Positions 11,746 through 22,563 of a DNA stretch of 62,925 nt are shown here, piece after piece. This DNA is from Carcharhinus longimanus. Taxonomy: Eukaryota. The notes under the pieces are model-generated. The model worked only from the letters and a program-made list of their open reading frames with translations, ran no database searches and was not told the DNA's origin. The first letter of the stretch is position 1. Every line of letters starts with the position of its first letter. Both the position numbers and the translations under genes were made by a program. Location: assembly GCA_030264375.1 (NCBI GenBank), contig JASCQW010000130.1, positions 29,370,622 through 29,433,546 of the forward strand, written 5' to 3'.

Positions 11746-12198
11746 TCAAAGTGTAAGTTGCATAATTCACATTGCTACATTGCAGCCAACCATTGGCTGA
11801 CAGTTACCTTGCCAATTTATGTCAAAACCCCTTTGTGCTATCTGGAACTCAGCTGTGTCTGGCACAGCAAATGTCTGAAGTGCTGGAAGGATTAATTTGC
11901 CAACCTGCTGAATGAGTTTGTCTTCCATTGTACTGTCCTTCATGTTGTATCTATGCATTGGTTGTGAATTTCATTGATGGGAATTCAAGAGGGATGCTTG
12001 ATTTAACCCAGCAATATCATCAGTAATGAAACAGTAATTTAACTGTCTGCAAAGTGCCAGATTTGGGGATGGAAAGGAAGTATTTTCTTTTTAACAGTGG
12101 GATTTTATTTCGCATTCCTGCTGGCAGGAGACTGCAGATCACCTGTGGTAATATATTTGTTTATTCGTTAACTGGGTTAAAGTGGTCACATTTGTTAC

Positions 12199-12370
12199 CT
12201 GCTGTATTGTTGGTGTGATGACGGGAATAATCTGTTTCTGTCGCTCTGATAAGATGATGATGTCATCAATAGCCCACTGGTCATATCCCTCACCAGAATG
12301 AACAGGCTGCCACCAGCGAAACCGGGTACAGGTGGTCTTGGCAGAAGCCGGAAGCTCAAAATATACAAAT
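12199..12370 (-). CDS. RELN: Reelin exon (~exon 26), 172 nt: [57 protein letters not shown]
   Basis: gacag|A acceptor; CAG|gtaac donor; the listed ORF 12195..12377 is in the wrong frame. Confidence 0.96.
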
Positions 12371-13034
12371 CTGTCAAACGAAATGGAAATGATAAAAAAA
12401 GAATTCTGTTCAGTTTAATTATTTACCAGTAAATTTCTATTCCCATGGCTCTACAGGCTTAGACCACTCTCAGACAAAAGGGCAAAGAGACATCCAATTG
12501 CCAGGCTGGCCCTGTTGAACCAGATGTAGTTGAACTTTATTTTTGTTCCCTCCTGCTAGGAGTGAGTGTATATCCTTCACTTTATGCCTTCCTCCAGTGG
12601 AAAAGTCAAATTCTTTAACTCACTATGCAAGGGAGCATTGGCCCAAAACCACACGTTGCAGCGACACAGCACCACCGTTCAGCCCACTGCCTGAAAAATG
12701 GTGGCCTGTGGGACAGGAGGGTTTTATACCAGATAAGCACCATCTCTAAAGGAGTCAGGGAAAACCAGTTCAGGAAGTGGCCACACAATCTTCAGGCTGA
12801 AGCAATAGGGCTTAATTTGCTCGGCAAAGCTGATACGAGAGCTGGTACCAATGGCAGGATTTCAGTGTGATTAATTGGTGAGATTTCTATGACAAATCTA
12901 GCAAAAGTACTTTTGAAGGGCATCTTTGTTCTGGCTGATGCAATGGGACCCAAGGTTAACTTTAGTGAGTGTTTAATTGATTTAAGTCTAATAAACAAAC
13001 CATGGAACGTATGTCCTCCCTCCCCAAGTCTTAC

Positions 13035-13240
13035 CTGGGTTGACCGTAGTCAGAAAAGTACATTTCTGAGAGCAGGTGCCAGCTTATGCCACCATTGTTG
13101 CTGTACTGCAATAAAACACCCTCCTCTCTGCTGTCAGGTGTATTACAGGAGCCGATGTTCCCTCCAATCAGAACGTAGAACTGGATAAAGTCTACCCATT
13201 GAGTGTCGAGGTCCCAGCTGACGAGTTGCCTCTTTCCATG
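13035..13240 (-). CDS. RELN: Reelin exon (~exon 25), 206 nt: [68 protein letters not shown](R)
   Basis: tctag|CAT acceptor; AG|gtaag donor; Asp-box SNNGGISW; read manually. Confidence 0.96.
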
Positions 13241-13484
13241 CTAGACGAGTAAGTAAATGGAACACACCTTGAAGATTACAGTATCCGATATCCTTGTTAC
13301 AGGCATAAGCATGACGGAATTATTGGGAAAATGATTTTACAAAATGTGGAGGGTGAAAAGGATTAAAGGTCTTTGCTCACATGAGAAAGAAACCAAACTG
13401 TTATTTTAGACTGAGCCCACAGGCACATTTTTTCTCTCTAGTTTCAAAGACAAAAGGTGAAATTCTTCCATTTTGAAACTAAGG

Positions 13485-13637
13485 ATATTACGGCCTCATT
13501 ATTACGGCCTAATATTACGGCCTCACTTGTCCCAAAACCATAAAATCCAGGCCAAGGTCAATGGAGCTTCCCACTGTCCACCCCATGTCCGCTCCGATTC
13601 CCGTGGTGGGTGGGACAGGGCGATAGAATTCTGGCCT
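13485..13637. mobile_element. Palindromic MITE-like repeat with a triplicated left end
   Basis: (T)ATTACGGCCT occurs three times at the left; right end AGAATTCTGGCC as in the related elements. Confidence 0.5.
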
Positions 13638-15227
13638 AAGTGCGGTGGCAGGCAGCTCTGTGGCACTTGTCCCATTGACAGGGTTCAATGCCTGGAACCT
13701 CAATAATTATGCACAAGCACTTTCCCATCCAAGACACTTGGCTGGCTGGCAGCTGATTCGTCCACCCATCATCAGTTGGCAGGTTCAAAGGACCCAGCAC
13801 CATACTGAAACACAAGTTCAGTATCCTATTTTTCACTCTCTCCAACTTACCTGCCTGCACCAGACCATGCAGAATGTCAGCAACTCAAAGGGACAAGGCT
13901 AGCAACCTCAGCCAGAAATCTGTTCCTTGATTCAACCGCCCTCTCCCTGAGCACATCACCGGCAAGGCACCCACTCCCCATTTGGACATCTACCCACTGC
14001 ATGTGTGTGCATCCCCTTCCAGTTTCCTTTGAAACCCTCCCCCCTTATTTGTGAGCTTTTTATGTAGCTTTTTTGGGGTCCAGTTCTCCTCCATTTGGTA
14101 TTTCATTGATCCTCATTCACCGTCTTGCTTACCTGCGTGCCACCGTGGGCCTTTGCCCTTCACTCCCCCATGTTGTCAGTCTTCCTTCCACATTGCCCTG
14201 CCCCCTTGTCTTTGTTAGGCTACACCCCAACCTCATCTCTCATCACCTCTCACCCCTGAATCAAACTTTGTTGCAGTGACTGCATGAATCCTGCAGCACA
14301 GTTCTGTCTGAATAGATACTAGTGTGTGGCACCAGGGGGAAGGAAATCCCTGTGCTCCTCGAAGCAAAGCCTATACTGATCTGACTTAGTGACACAGGAG
14401 GGTCCATGGGTCCAATGCTGTCCATGAAGGCCAGAGGCAGTAACTGTTCTGCCCAGCAGAGTGGTGAACAGCACATCATGAGCACTGTAGCACTATGGCA
14501 GAAAGTTGTTGCCCTCTCCCTGAAGTCTCTGGTGAACCAAGGACTTCCTTGTGAACACCACTCATCAGCAATCAGGTTTAATGGCTGGTAATTTCACACT
14601 TGTGATCGGAAGGCCTGAACGGATGCCAATGGGCAGTTGTTTTACTGAGCATTCATGAGAGGCAAATGGCATTTGCACCACCTGCCAGGGGAAAGTGTGG
14701 CCACCATTGACCTGCCATTGGGAGAACTTGCAATGTGATTTTATGCTGGTGTGCTTCCGATTTTTGTCTCCTGCCAGATTCACACGCCTGCCCCCACCAC
14801 CAAACCAGCTGCAGGCTGGGTGGGAGAATTCCACTCATGGAGTGTGGTTCCATGGGTACATGTTCATCTCCAGCATCTCTGCCAAGTGATTATCTTTCAG
14901 TTGAAAGACTCAACAGTGGCTCCAGGTGCAAGCAACAGTTGGCAGTCAAGCTATCGTCACTTGGATTTTTCACATCCGCACTTTACAGAAGGGGTTATAT
15001 GAGAATGAAGTAATTTTCCTCTTGCTTATGCTGTAACACTCTCATTGCTGCCTGACTGAGGTCACTGATCTAAACAAACAAGTTATTGGGAATCTCATAG
15101 TTGTTTGTTTTCATTTCTGAGTTTCAAAATCACACACAATAAGCATACATCCTCACATCATACTAAAGCCACATATAGATCTGATAGACACTGGTTCAGG
15201 TTGTCTTGGATGAAGAAAAAACTGTAC

Positions 15228-15414
15228 CTCAGAGAAGTAGAGCGATGAACCTGAGGAAATAACTCCACAGCCCTCCTCTGGTTTAACAATTTGTCCACCA
15301 ATAATTTCCTGCCAATCATTCTTCATCACAGCCTCATTCTCAAAGTCACATGTCACTGTTGAAGGCAACATAGCCTCTGGCTTACAGGTAGATCCGTGAT
15401 AACCTGAATCACAT
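15228..15414 (-). CDS. RELN: Reelin exon (~exon 24), 187 nt: [62 protein letters not shown]
   Basis: tcaag|A acceptor; GAG|gtaca donor. Confidence 0.96.
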
Positions 15415-15551
15415 CTTGATAGAAAGAAATGACTATTTAGGGACTGAATTGTGATTGTAGAATTCTGCACTTTGTCGATAAGCTGAATTTGAAACTAATT
15501 TAGTTTAAAGGGATATTCAAACACATGCAGTTAAGGTCATGAATGTAAATA

Positions 15552-15681
15552 TGGGCCACAATTCTTGTCTGTGGCTGGGATTCTCTGATCCCGCTGCTAA
15601 GAATGGAAATTTGGCTGAGCACCAGATTCTCCGTTCCTGCTGACAGCTGTGATGGGGTGTACGACATTGAGGATTCTGGCC
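15552..15681 (+). mobile_element. Short palindromic MITE-like repeat; sister copy at 61890-62023
   Basis: GGCCACAATTCT ... GGATTCTGGCC ends; interior GGGATTCTCTGATCCCGCTG...ATTTGGCTGAGCACCAGATTCTCCGTTC aligns to the reverse complement of 61920-62000. Confidence 0.7.
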
Positions 15682-16003
15682 ACGGTGTTCTGGGCTACAA
15701 AGGCAATCACCTAATAAACCTAATAAAATGGAATGAGTTAAAGACATTCGGTCCACCTATCGCATCAAAGTACAATGCACCCCATCATGGACTTTATTTT
15801 TGACATCAAGGACTAAAGAAAGTTTTGATCATTTCCAGGATCCTGTGCTCAACACTTGGAGTGAGCACCAAATGGAGTTGCAGCATAGATCATCCATGAT
15901 CAAGCTGAATGATGGAACATGTTCAAAGAGCTGAATGGTTTACTCCTGTGCCTATGTATACATGCATCTCCTGATAAATCAATATTTCTATATTATTACA
16001 TAC

Positions 16004-16141
16004 TTGCATAGTCCATTGTAACACCAGCCGTGTCCATTGCACATTTCAGGACACTGTTGACCAATATAAATATCATCTAATGCCCATTCATCCTGAATCA
16101 TATAGTAACTCTGGCTCCATCGAAAACGTGTAGCACTTGAC
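16004..16141 (-). CDS. RELN: Reelin exon (~exon 23), 138 nt: [45 protein letters not shown](K), start of EGF-like module of repeat 2
   Basis: ttcag|G acceptor; AA|gtatg donor; read manually. Confidence 0.96.
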
Positions 16142-17893
16142 CTGAATCAGTTTAAAAAAAAGATGTTAGTCTTAGGAATTTACCTTAATTAAAATGAGGA
16201 CTGACTGTTTCACTAATCATTGTGACAAAAGTATGCTGGAGGTTTATTGAAAGAAATGTTTATAACCCCTGAATTAGTTCAGTTGGCAAAAATATTTGAG
16301 CCGCACAGGCCAGAGGTTTCAAGATTATTAGCTAATCTCCTCCTGGGTGGTAGTTAAGGTGCCACAATGTAGGCCTGGATCTCCTAAACTAGAGAGGGAA
16401 GAATCAGCCATAGTCGTTGATGGAAAGAGTAATGTTTGGCTGTAACAACAACGCGTTTGATAAACCTGGCAATATTCATTGGTTCAGACATAAAGAATGG
16501 CCACTTGGGTAAAGTATCAAAGGACAGCCAATTAGCAATTGTATCTCAATATGAGTCAGCACCTCCCAGAGAGGAGGGTACAAGGAAATAGTTAGGCCCA
16601 AAGCCTCATTTTTAAAATACATGGCATACAAATAACATTGTAAATGTACGTAAAGAATATTCATGTTACTCAGTGACTCTGCTTCACAGTTATTGAAGTG
16701 GTGGTGCCAATGGAGCAGAGAAAATAATCTGTATCCTATCAGGGAACTGCGTGCAAATATCTGGCACAATTCACAACATTAAGACTCCATTTTTAATAGT
16801 CAAGCCCAATATTATGATTGAAGAGGTTAAGCCTCAATGAATGAATCTCAAGCTATGGTGCACTGGTCGAACACAGAAGATGTTAATTTAGTTTATCAAT
16901 GAGCCCATGTTTGTCAAATACTGCATTTAGCATCTGAGAATTTATACCACATTGGGAGAAAACGCCACTCTACTTTCATTATTTAGCCCATAAATCAGAT
17001 TTTTGGAAGGCTGAATCTTGTCTTCCCACATGGTGCATGCTGCTCCCAAGACTACATCCCTTTCTGGAGCTCCTGTGTCACTTTCGGCATGCCTTTGTGG
17101 GCTGAACAGCAGAATATTTGGATTATTGACTTTAATGCAGCCAGGATGTGTCACACTGATGGTATGATCTCAGACTGGTTTTGAAGGTCAACCACTTAGG
17201 AAGTTCAGATGATAATTGGTGAATGTAAGAACAAGCTCTTCCCAGTCAAGAACCAGCTAATGCAATGACATTTTAATATTTATATTCCAAAATGCAAATA
17301 TGATAATTACACTGCGTTTGTTAAAAAAAACTGTCCCCGACAGCTGCCTGCATCTCATCAGCAGTGCTGATATGCAAATATCTACACATAAAAACAAATT
17401 CATTTTCATAAAGCAAAATCCAATGTAATTTGTCTAAGCTGTGCTTAGTACATAATGTGATTGGAAGAAAAATGGCAAGCTCAGGGCAGCAGTTTTCATC
17501 AAATGTCCTGCAAATGCTTTATGAAATTGGTGCTAAGATTACCAAATCCCTTCTGACACACTCCGACATGTTTAAACACCAGTGTTCTTTGCGGTTTGAA
17601 TGCATTCGCCTAAATACTGAAGAACTGTGCATATTCAATCAATGTTAAACAGAAACTTGTTAATTTTTTTATGGCTATTACGGAGATTAAAAATTCATTT
17701 GAGCCGATAACAGCTGTTAAGATAATTAAAACCATAGTCACAAGTTGGGGAGGAGCCAATTAAAGCCCAGTTACCTGGAGTCTTTGATTTCACATTCTGC
17801 AGATTTATGTGATGAGACAGTTGGTGGGAAGACAATGATTCATCTTACATTTGGCCCATTCCCAAGGATTAATGCCTGCAATGATTTACTTAC

Positions 17894-18006
17894 CACGTTT
17901 TTTGTTGCAGGGACACGGTTACTCTTTTCCACTGTGAGAACTCCGAGGAATGATAAACACTGGCAGAGGTGAACTCCTGGCAACTAGGCATACTGGGAAA
18001 ACATTC
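17894..18006 (-). CDS. RELN: Reelin exon (~exon 22), 113 nt: [37 protein letters not shown](W)
   Basis: tgcag|GAA acceptor; TG|gtaag donor; read manually. Confidence 0.96.
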
Positions 18007-18136
18007 CTGCAGGAAAACACATCAAGCTAGAAAATAGGGTTACCAAAATTTTTAAAATTCCACATCTGCCTGTCAAAAGGCTCCAAATGTACAATTTGGG
18101 AATCAATGGATTAATGAAGATTGAGGACTGCAAAAG

Positions 18137-18392
18137 GCATTGGTGAGGCCACACCTGGATTATTGTGTGCAGTTTTGATGTCCTTATCTGAGGAAGGATA
18201 TTCTTGGCAAAGAGGGAGTACAGCGAAGTTTACCAGGCTGATTCCTGAGATGGCAGATCTGTCATATGAGGAGAAACTAAGTCGGTTAGAATTATATTCA
18301 CTGGAGTTTAGAGCAGTGAGGGGGATCTCATAGAAACTTATAAAATTCTAACAGGGTTAGACAGGGTAGATTCAGAAAGAATGTTCCCAATG
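18137..18392 (+). mobile_element. CR1-type LINE ORF2 C-terminal fragment, interrupted by a gap
   Basis: Translates LVRPHLDYCVQF... and FTRLIPEMADLSYEEKLSRLELYSLEFR, hallmark CR1 ORF2 sequence. Confidence 0.85.
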
Positions 18393-18492
18393 NNNNNNNN
18401 NNNNNNNNNNNNNNNNNNNNNNNNNNNNNNNNNNNNNNNNNNNNNNNNNNNNNNNNNNNNNNNNNNNNNNNNNNNNNNNNNNNNNNNNNNNN

Positions 18493-18760
18493 GCTGTGGC
18501 TCTGGAGTCACATGTAGGCCAGACTGGGTAAGAATGGCAGATTTCCTTCCCTAAAGAACATTAGTGAACTAGATGGGTTTTTCCAACAATCGACAATGGT
18601 TTCGTGATCATCAGTAGATTCTTAATTCCGGATTTTTTTAAACTGAATTCAAATGTCTACCATCTGCCACGGTGAGATTTGAACCCAGATCCCTCGAATG
18701 TTAGCTGAGTTTCTGGATTAATAGTCCAGCGATAATATCACTAGGCCACTTCCCCCTCGT
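18493..18760 (-). mobile_element. tRNA-headed SINE, second family
   Basis: GGAGTCACATGTAGGCCAGAC...GGCAGATTTCCTTCCCTAAAG...ATTTGAACCC; homologous copies at 28365-28640, 33781-34135, 44085-44290, 54084-54454 and 59545-59915. Confidence 0.75.
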
Positions 18761-19365
18761 TACTGGTATTCTAAAATAGTTTCTGAAATCTCCTTTGAGG
18801 AGAAGAAAGAAAATATTTAACAGTTCCCTTCCTAACGAGTTGGATGCAGTTTATATGATATCTCTGTGCCTGACATATGGGTGACTCAAGTCTACTGATC
18901 ATTTTACTTCTACGGACTTATTTATCAAATTAAAAGATCACTGTTACTTTTCCTTCCCTGTTTTGGCAAAATGGTAGATCTCCTTAGGAAGGTGCTTATT
19001 AGAAATCCAGACAAGACCCAAGGAATATTGGTTGACAGTTGTAGTCAATGAGAGAGTGCACTGCAGCAGTAAGAAAGACGAGAGGCTTTTGGAATGTATA
19101 GCTAGGAGGGTAGTGTTAAATCCCAGATAGCAAATTGGAAATCTTCTTCCCTCATTCCGACTGAGATCCCAGTTTCTCTCCAGTTCTGCCATTTGGAAGG
19201 CCAAGCCTTGTTGACCCTGGAATGGATGGCAATGAGATATTTTATTTTTCATATTATCCATTTGTTTTGTCTTTCAATCTGCCTTGTTCAATCCCCAGGC
19301 ATGGGTACAACCACACGTGAAAGTATTATCTACAACTCTGCCATTTTTCCCACTTCTGTATCTTC

Positions 19366-19620
19366 ATAGGATCCCTGCAATGCAGAAGGAGGCCATTTGG
19401 CCCATTGAGTCTGCCCTTACTCTCCAGCAAAGCATCTTACCCTGGCTCACCAACCTCCCAGCCCTGTCCCCAAGTAATCCCCATGCTTTACCCCATTAAT
19501 GCCCCTTACCTGCACATCTTGGGGCATTAAGGGGCAGTTTATCGTGATCAATCCACCTAACCTGCACATCTTTGGAGCGTGGGAGGAAACCGGTGCACTC
19601 AGAGGAAATCCAGGCAGACA
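19366..19620 (-). mobile_element. HE1/V-SINE-like copy, 5'-truncated
   Basis: CATAGGATCCC...GCAGAAGGAGGCCATTTGGCCCATTGAG tail and CCTAACCTGCACATCTTTGG...GGGAGGAAACCGG core. Confidence 0.75.
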
Positions 19621-20099
19621 CTATTGAGTAATTTCTGAATTCTTTCTGCCCATCCCTCCATCTTTCCTATACTCTGGATCTAGGTCACTTGTGTAGATTT
19701 GGCACAGTAATGCCTAGCACTGACCCCTGAACTCCCCGCTCCACTCTGACATAACTCTCCCAAAGACATTGTGGTTCAAACCCTTTGCTTAGATTAGCCC
19801 TGTTTGGAGAGGGTATGTTACCCCTAGCTTCCTTTCTCAATATTGGAGGGTGTAACCTTTCATAATGTTTACCGCCTTGATGAGGTACAACATCAGCGCT
19901 TTGCTGATTTTGTCAAGACAAAAGTGAATGTTGGTTTCCAGGAACAGAACAGCCCATTCACCAAATTAAACATGTGATTCCTCTGCCACCATTTGACAAA
20001 GGCAACTGTGTGTATCTTCTACAAGGTGCACTTCAGAAACTCAGCAAGGCTCCTTTAACAGCATCTTCCAAACCTTGACTACTGTCTAGAAGGACAAGC

Positions 20100-20510
20100 T
20101 TTATTCATTGAAGTTCAGAAGAGTGAGAGGTGATCTTATAGATACTTAAAAAATTCTAACGGAGTTAGACAGGGTAGATTCAGAAAGAATGTTCCCAATG
20201 GTGGGGGAGTCCAGAACTAGAGGTCATAGTTTGAGGATAAGAAGTAAACCTTTTAGAACTGAGGCGAGGAGAAATTTCTTCACACAGAGGGTGATGAAGA
20301 TGTGGAATTCGCTACCACAGAAAATAGTTGAGACCAAACGTTGTCTGATTTCAAGATGAAATTAGATATAGCTCTTGGGGAGAGAGGGATATGGGAGGAA
20401 GGAGGAATCAGGATATTTATTGAATTCAATGATGAGCCATGATCAAAATGAATGGCAGAACAGGCTCGAAGAGCCAAATGGCCTAGTCCTGTTTCTAGTT
20501 TCTATGTTTC
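20100..20510 (+). mobile_element. CR1-type LINE 3' fragment
   Basis: Shares GTTAGACAGGGTAGATTCAGAAAGAATGTTCCCAATG with 18356-18392; encodes RRNFFTQRVMKMWNSLP; ends in a TTTCTATG-type tail. Confidence 0.85.
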
Positions 20511-20861
20511 TTTGCTTCTATTGTGAGAATATCTTCTTTGAGTTAGACATATTTGAAATACCTGCTGTAGTCACCCTAACTGGATTGCCAATGTTATTGA
20601 TTCATATTCCGATAAAGTCATGGAAATGTATGAGGCCAAAACATGCTCAAAAGAATTTTCAGATTCAAAAATCAAACAAATAGGTAGTTTTCTTCTTTCC
20701 AGATCACAATGAGGTCCTGCGACAAATGGAACTTTCAGTCAGTTATAACCAGAAAGAACAAGTGGGAGCCACTAGTTTGGGCTATGTTAATGTGGCATAG
20801 GGAGAGCTATTAGAGCAGAAATATTAAAACAACAGAGGTGAGCAAAAGCAACCATCTATAC

Positions 20862-22077
20862 AGCTCATTAGGTTATTTTAAAAATAAAGGAAAACTAGTT
20901 AGCTTGAACAGTAAGATGTATGGCCCTAATTACGAATAGGGTAAGTTCAGTACTCTTAATAATGAACCTCACTGAAAGGGAACATTTGCAGCAGAGAAAG
21001 TTCTCTTCAAACACAGGAGTGCTGAATTTACCATTTAATAATTTCACTTTCCTCTGTATGATTTAATCTGTGTAGAATTTACATCTACACAGATGCTTGT
21101 GTGAAATGTTTGCTATGTTGAAGAATATGGTGTCTGAGTAATCCTTCAGAAAATCTCCACGGTGACAGTCCTTGGTTGAGAAGAAATGTACTGAAGAAGT
21201 TTGTGAATCCAAATTATCTTCCCCAGGGAAAGCACTTCATTTGCACCAGTTTTAGGTGAAACTTAGACACAAAATAAAGTCTTTACACTATAAAGATGGT
21301 ACTGATAACTGAGAAAATCAAAACCTGGATCAAACCTAAATAAAACTTCATTGATGGCTGTGAACCTGTTCAATAAAGGCCTAAGCAGGAAACTGATTAA
21401 AGTAACTTAAACGCGTTAGTTCAAATATAGTCACAGGCAGGGGCTTTATTTATTGAAAGTTCACATTTGGTGTCATAGTGAAGATGATCTGAATGCAACT
21501 TTAAATAATGACTGCACATATTCATAACACCAAAGACAACAAAAATAAAGATTTGACATTGACAGAAACAACATATGTAAATTGTAAACTGCTTTCTGAC
21601 ATCACTAAATGTAATATATGCCCAGATGTGGCACAAGTCTCAAGATTGAACTAGCATTGAACTATAAACTAGAGTCTGAACATTCATGTCACAACACAGG
21701 ATCACTTTTTATTAGCAATGAATAAAAAAATGACCAGCTGTCTGCACATATTCCCTTTCCATTTGTATAAAATTTATCCAACAGTGCACAATTCAAAAAA
21801 AATTGCGTCATTGATACAATCCAAACTAGACTGATTAATATGTGTAATGTTTAACATTGAGCTCATTAGGTTATTTTAAAAATAAAGGAAAACTAGTTAG
21901 CTTGAACAGTAAGATGTATGGCCCTAATTACGGATAGGGTAAATTCAGTACTCTTAATAATGAACCTCACAGAAAGGGAACATTTGCAGCAGAGAAAGTT
22001 CTCTTCAAACACAGGAGTGCTGAATTTACCATTTAATAATTTCACTTTCCTCTGTAAGATTTAATCTGTAGAATTTA
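20862..22077 (+). repeat. ~220-bp direct repeat pair (20862-21081 and 21860-22077)
   Basis: Both copies run AGCTCATTAGGTTATTTTAAAAATAAAGG...GTAGAATTTA; four substitutions and one 2-bp indel seen. Confidence 0.95.
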
Positions 22078-22370
22078 TACAACACTACATGCAGAAAAAG
22101 GCCTTTCAGCCCATTGAGTCTGCACCTACTCTCTGAAAGTGCATCTTACCCAGGCCCACCAGAAGGGTGGTAGGTGGAAGCATTGGGGTCAAGATGTTTA
22201 ATTGTACAAAATTATAAGAGACAGACTTGTTGGATTAGTGGATCTTTACCTGCCCATCATTTTTCGTACTTTTATCTGTTCTTATAAGTTACAAGTTTCT
22301 GGCTATATCACTGTGTAAATTTAGCACGAAGCAAGTCCAAAAATCTTGTAAATCTTGCTCTCATATTTAC

Positions 22371-22563
22371 CTCCTGTACAAGGTGCCACGTTAAGCCATG
22401 GTTTGTGGAATATTCTAGTCTTATTTGGTTGTCCACGTGTAGTGTAAAAGGCTTTCCACAGCCCATCACCAGGCTGAATTGCAGCATATATGAGGCCCCG
22501 ATCTGCATGGACTGGGTTTCGACATAGCGCATGCTCGAACTTGTTTTAGAATCTCCAGTGAAA
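22371..22563 (-). CDS. RELN: Reelin exon (~exon 21), 193 nt: [64 protein letters not shown]
   Basis: tacag|T acceptor; GAG|gtaaa donor; Asp-box STNHGLTW. Confidence 0.97.

Noticed and set aside
20862-22077. Direct repeats as the LTR pair of a TRIM or mini-retrotransposon
   Set aside because: No TG...CA termini, primer-binding site, polypurine tract or target-site duplication seen.
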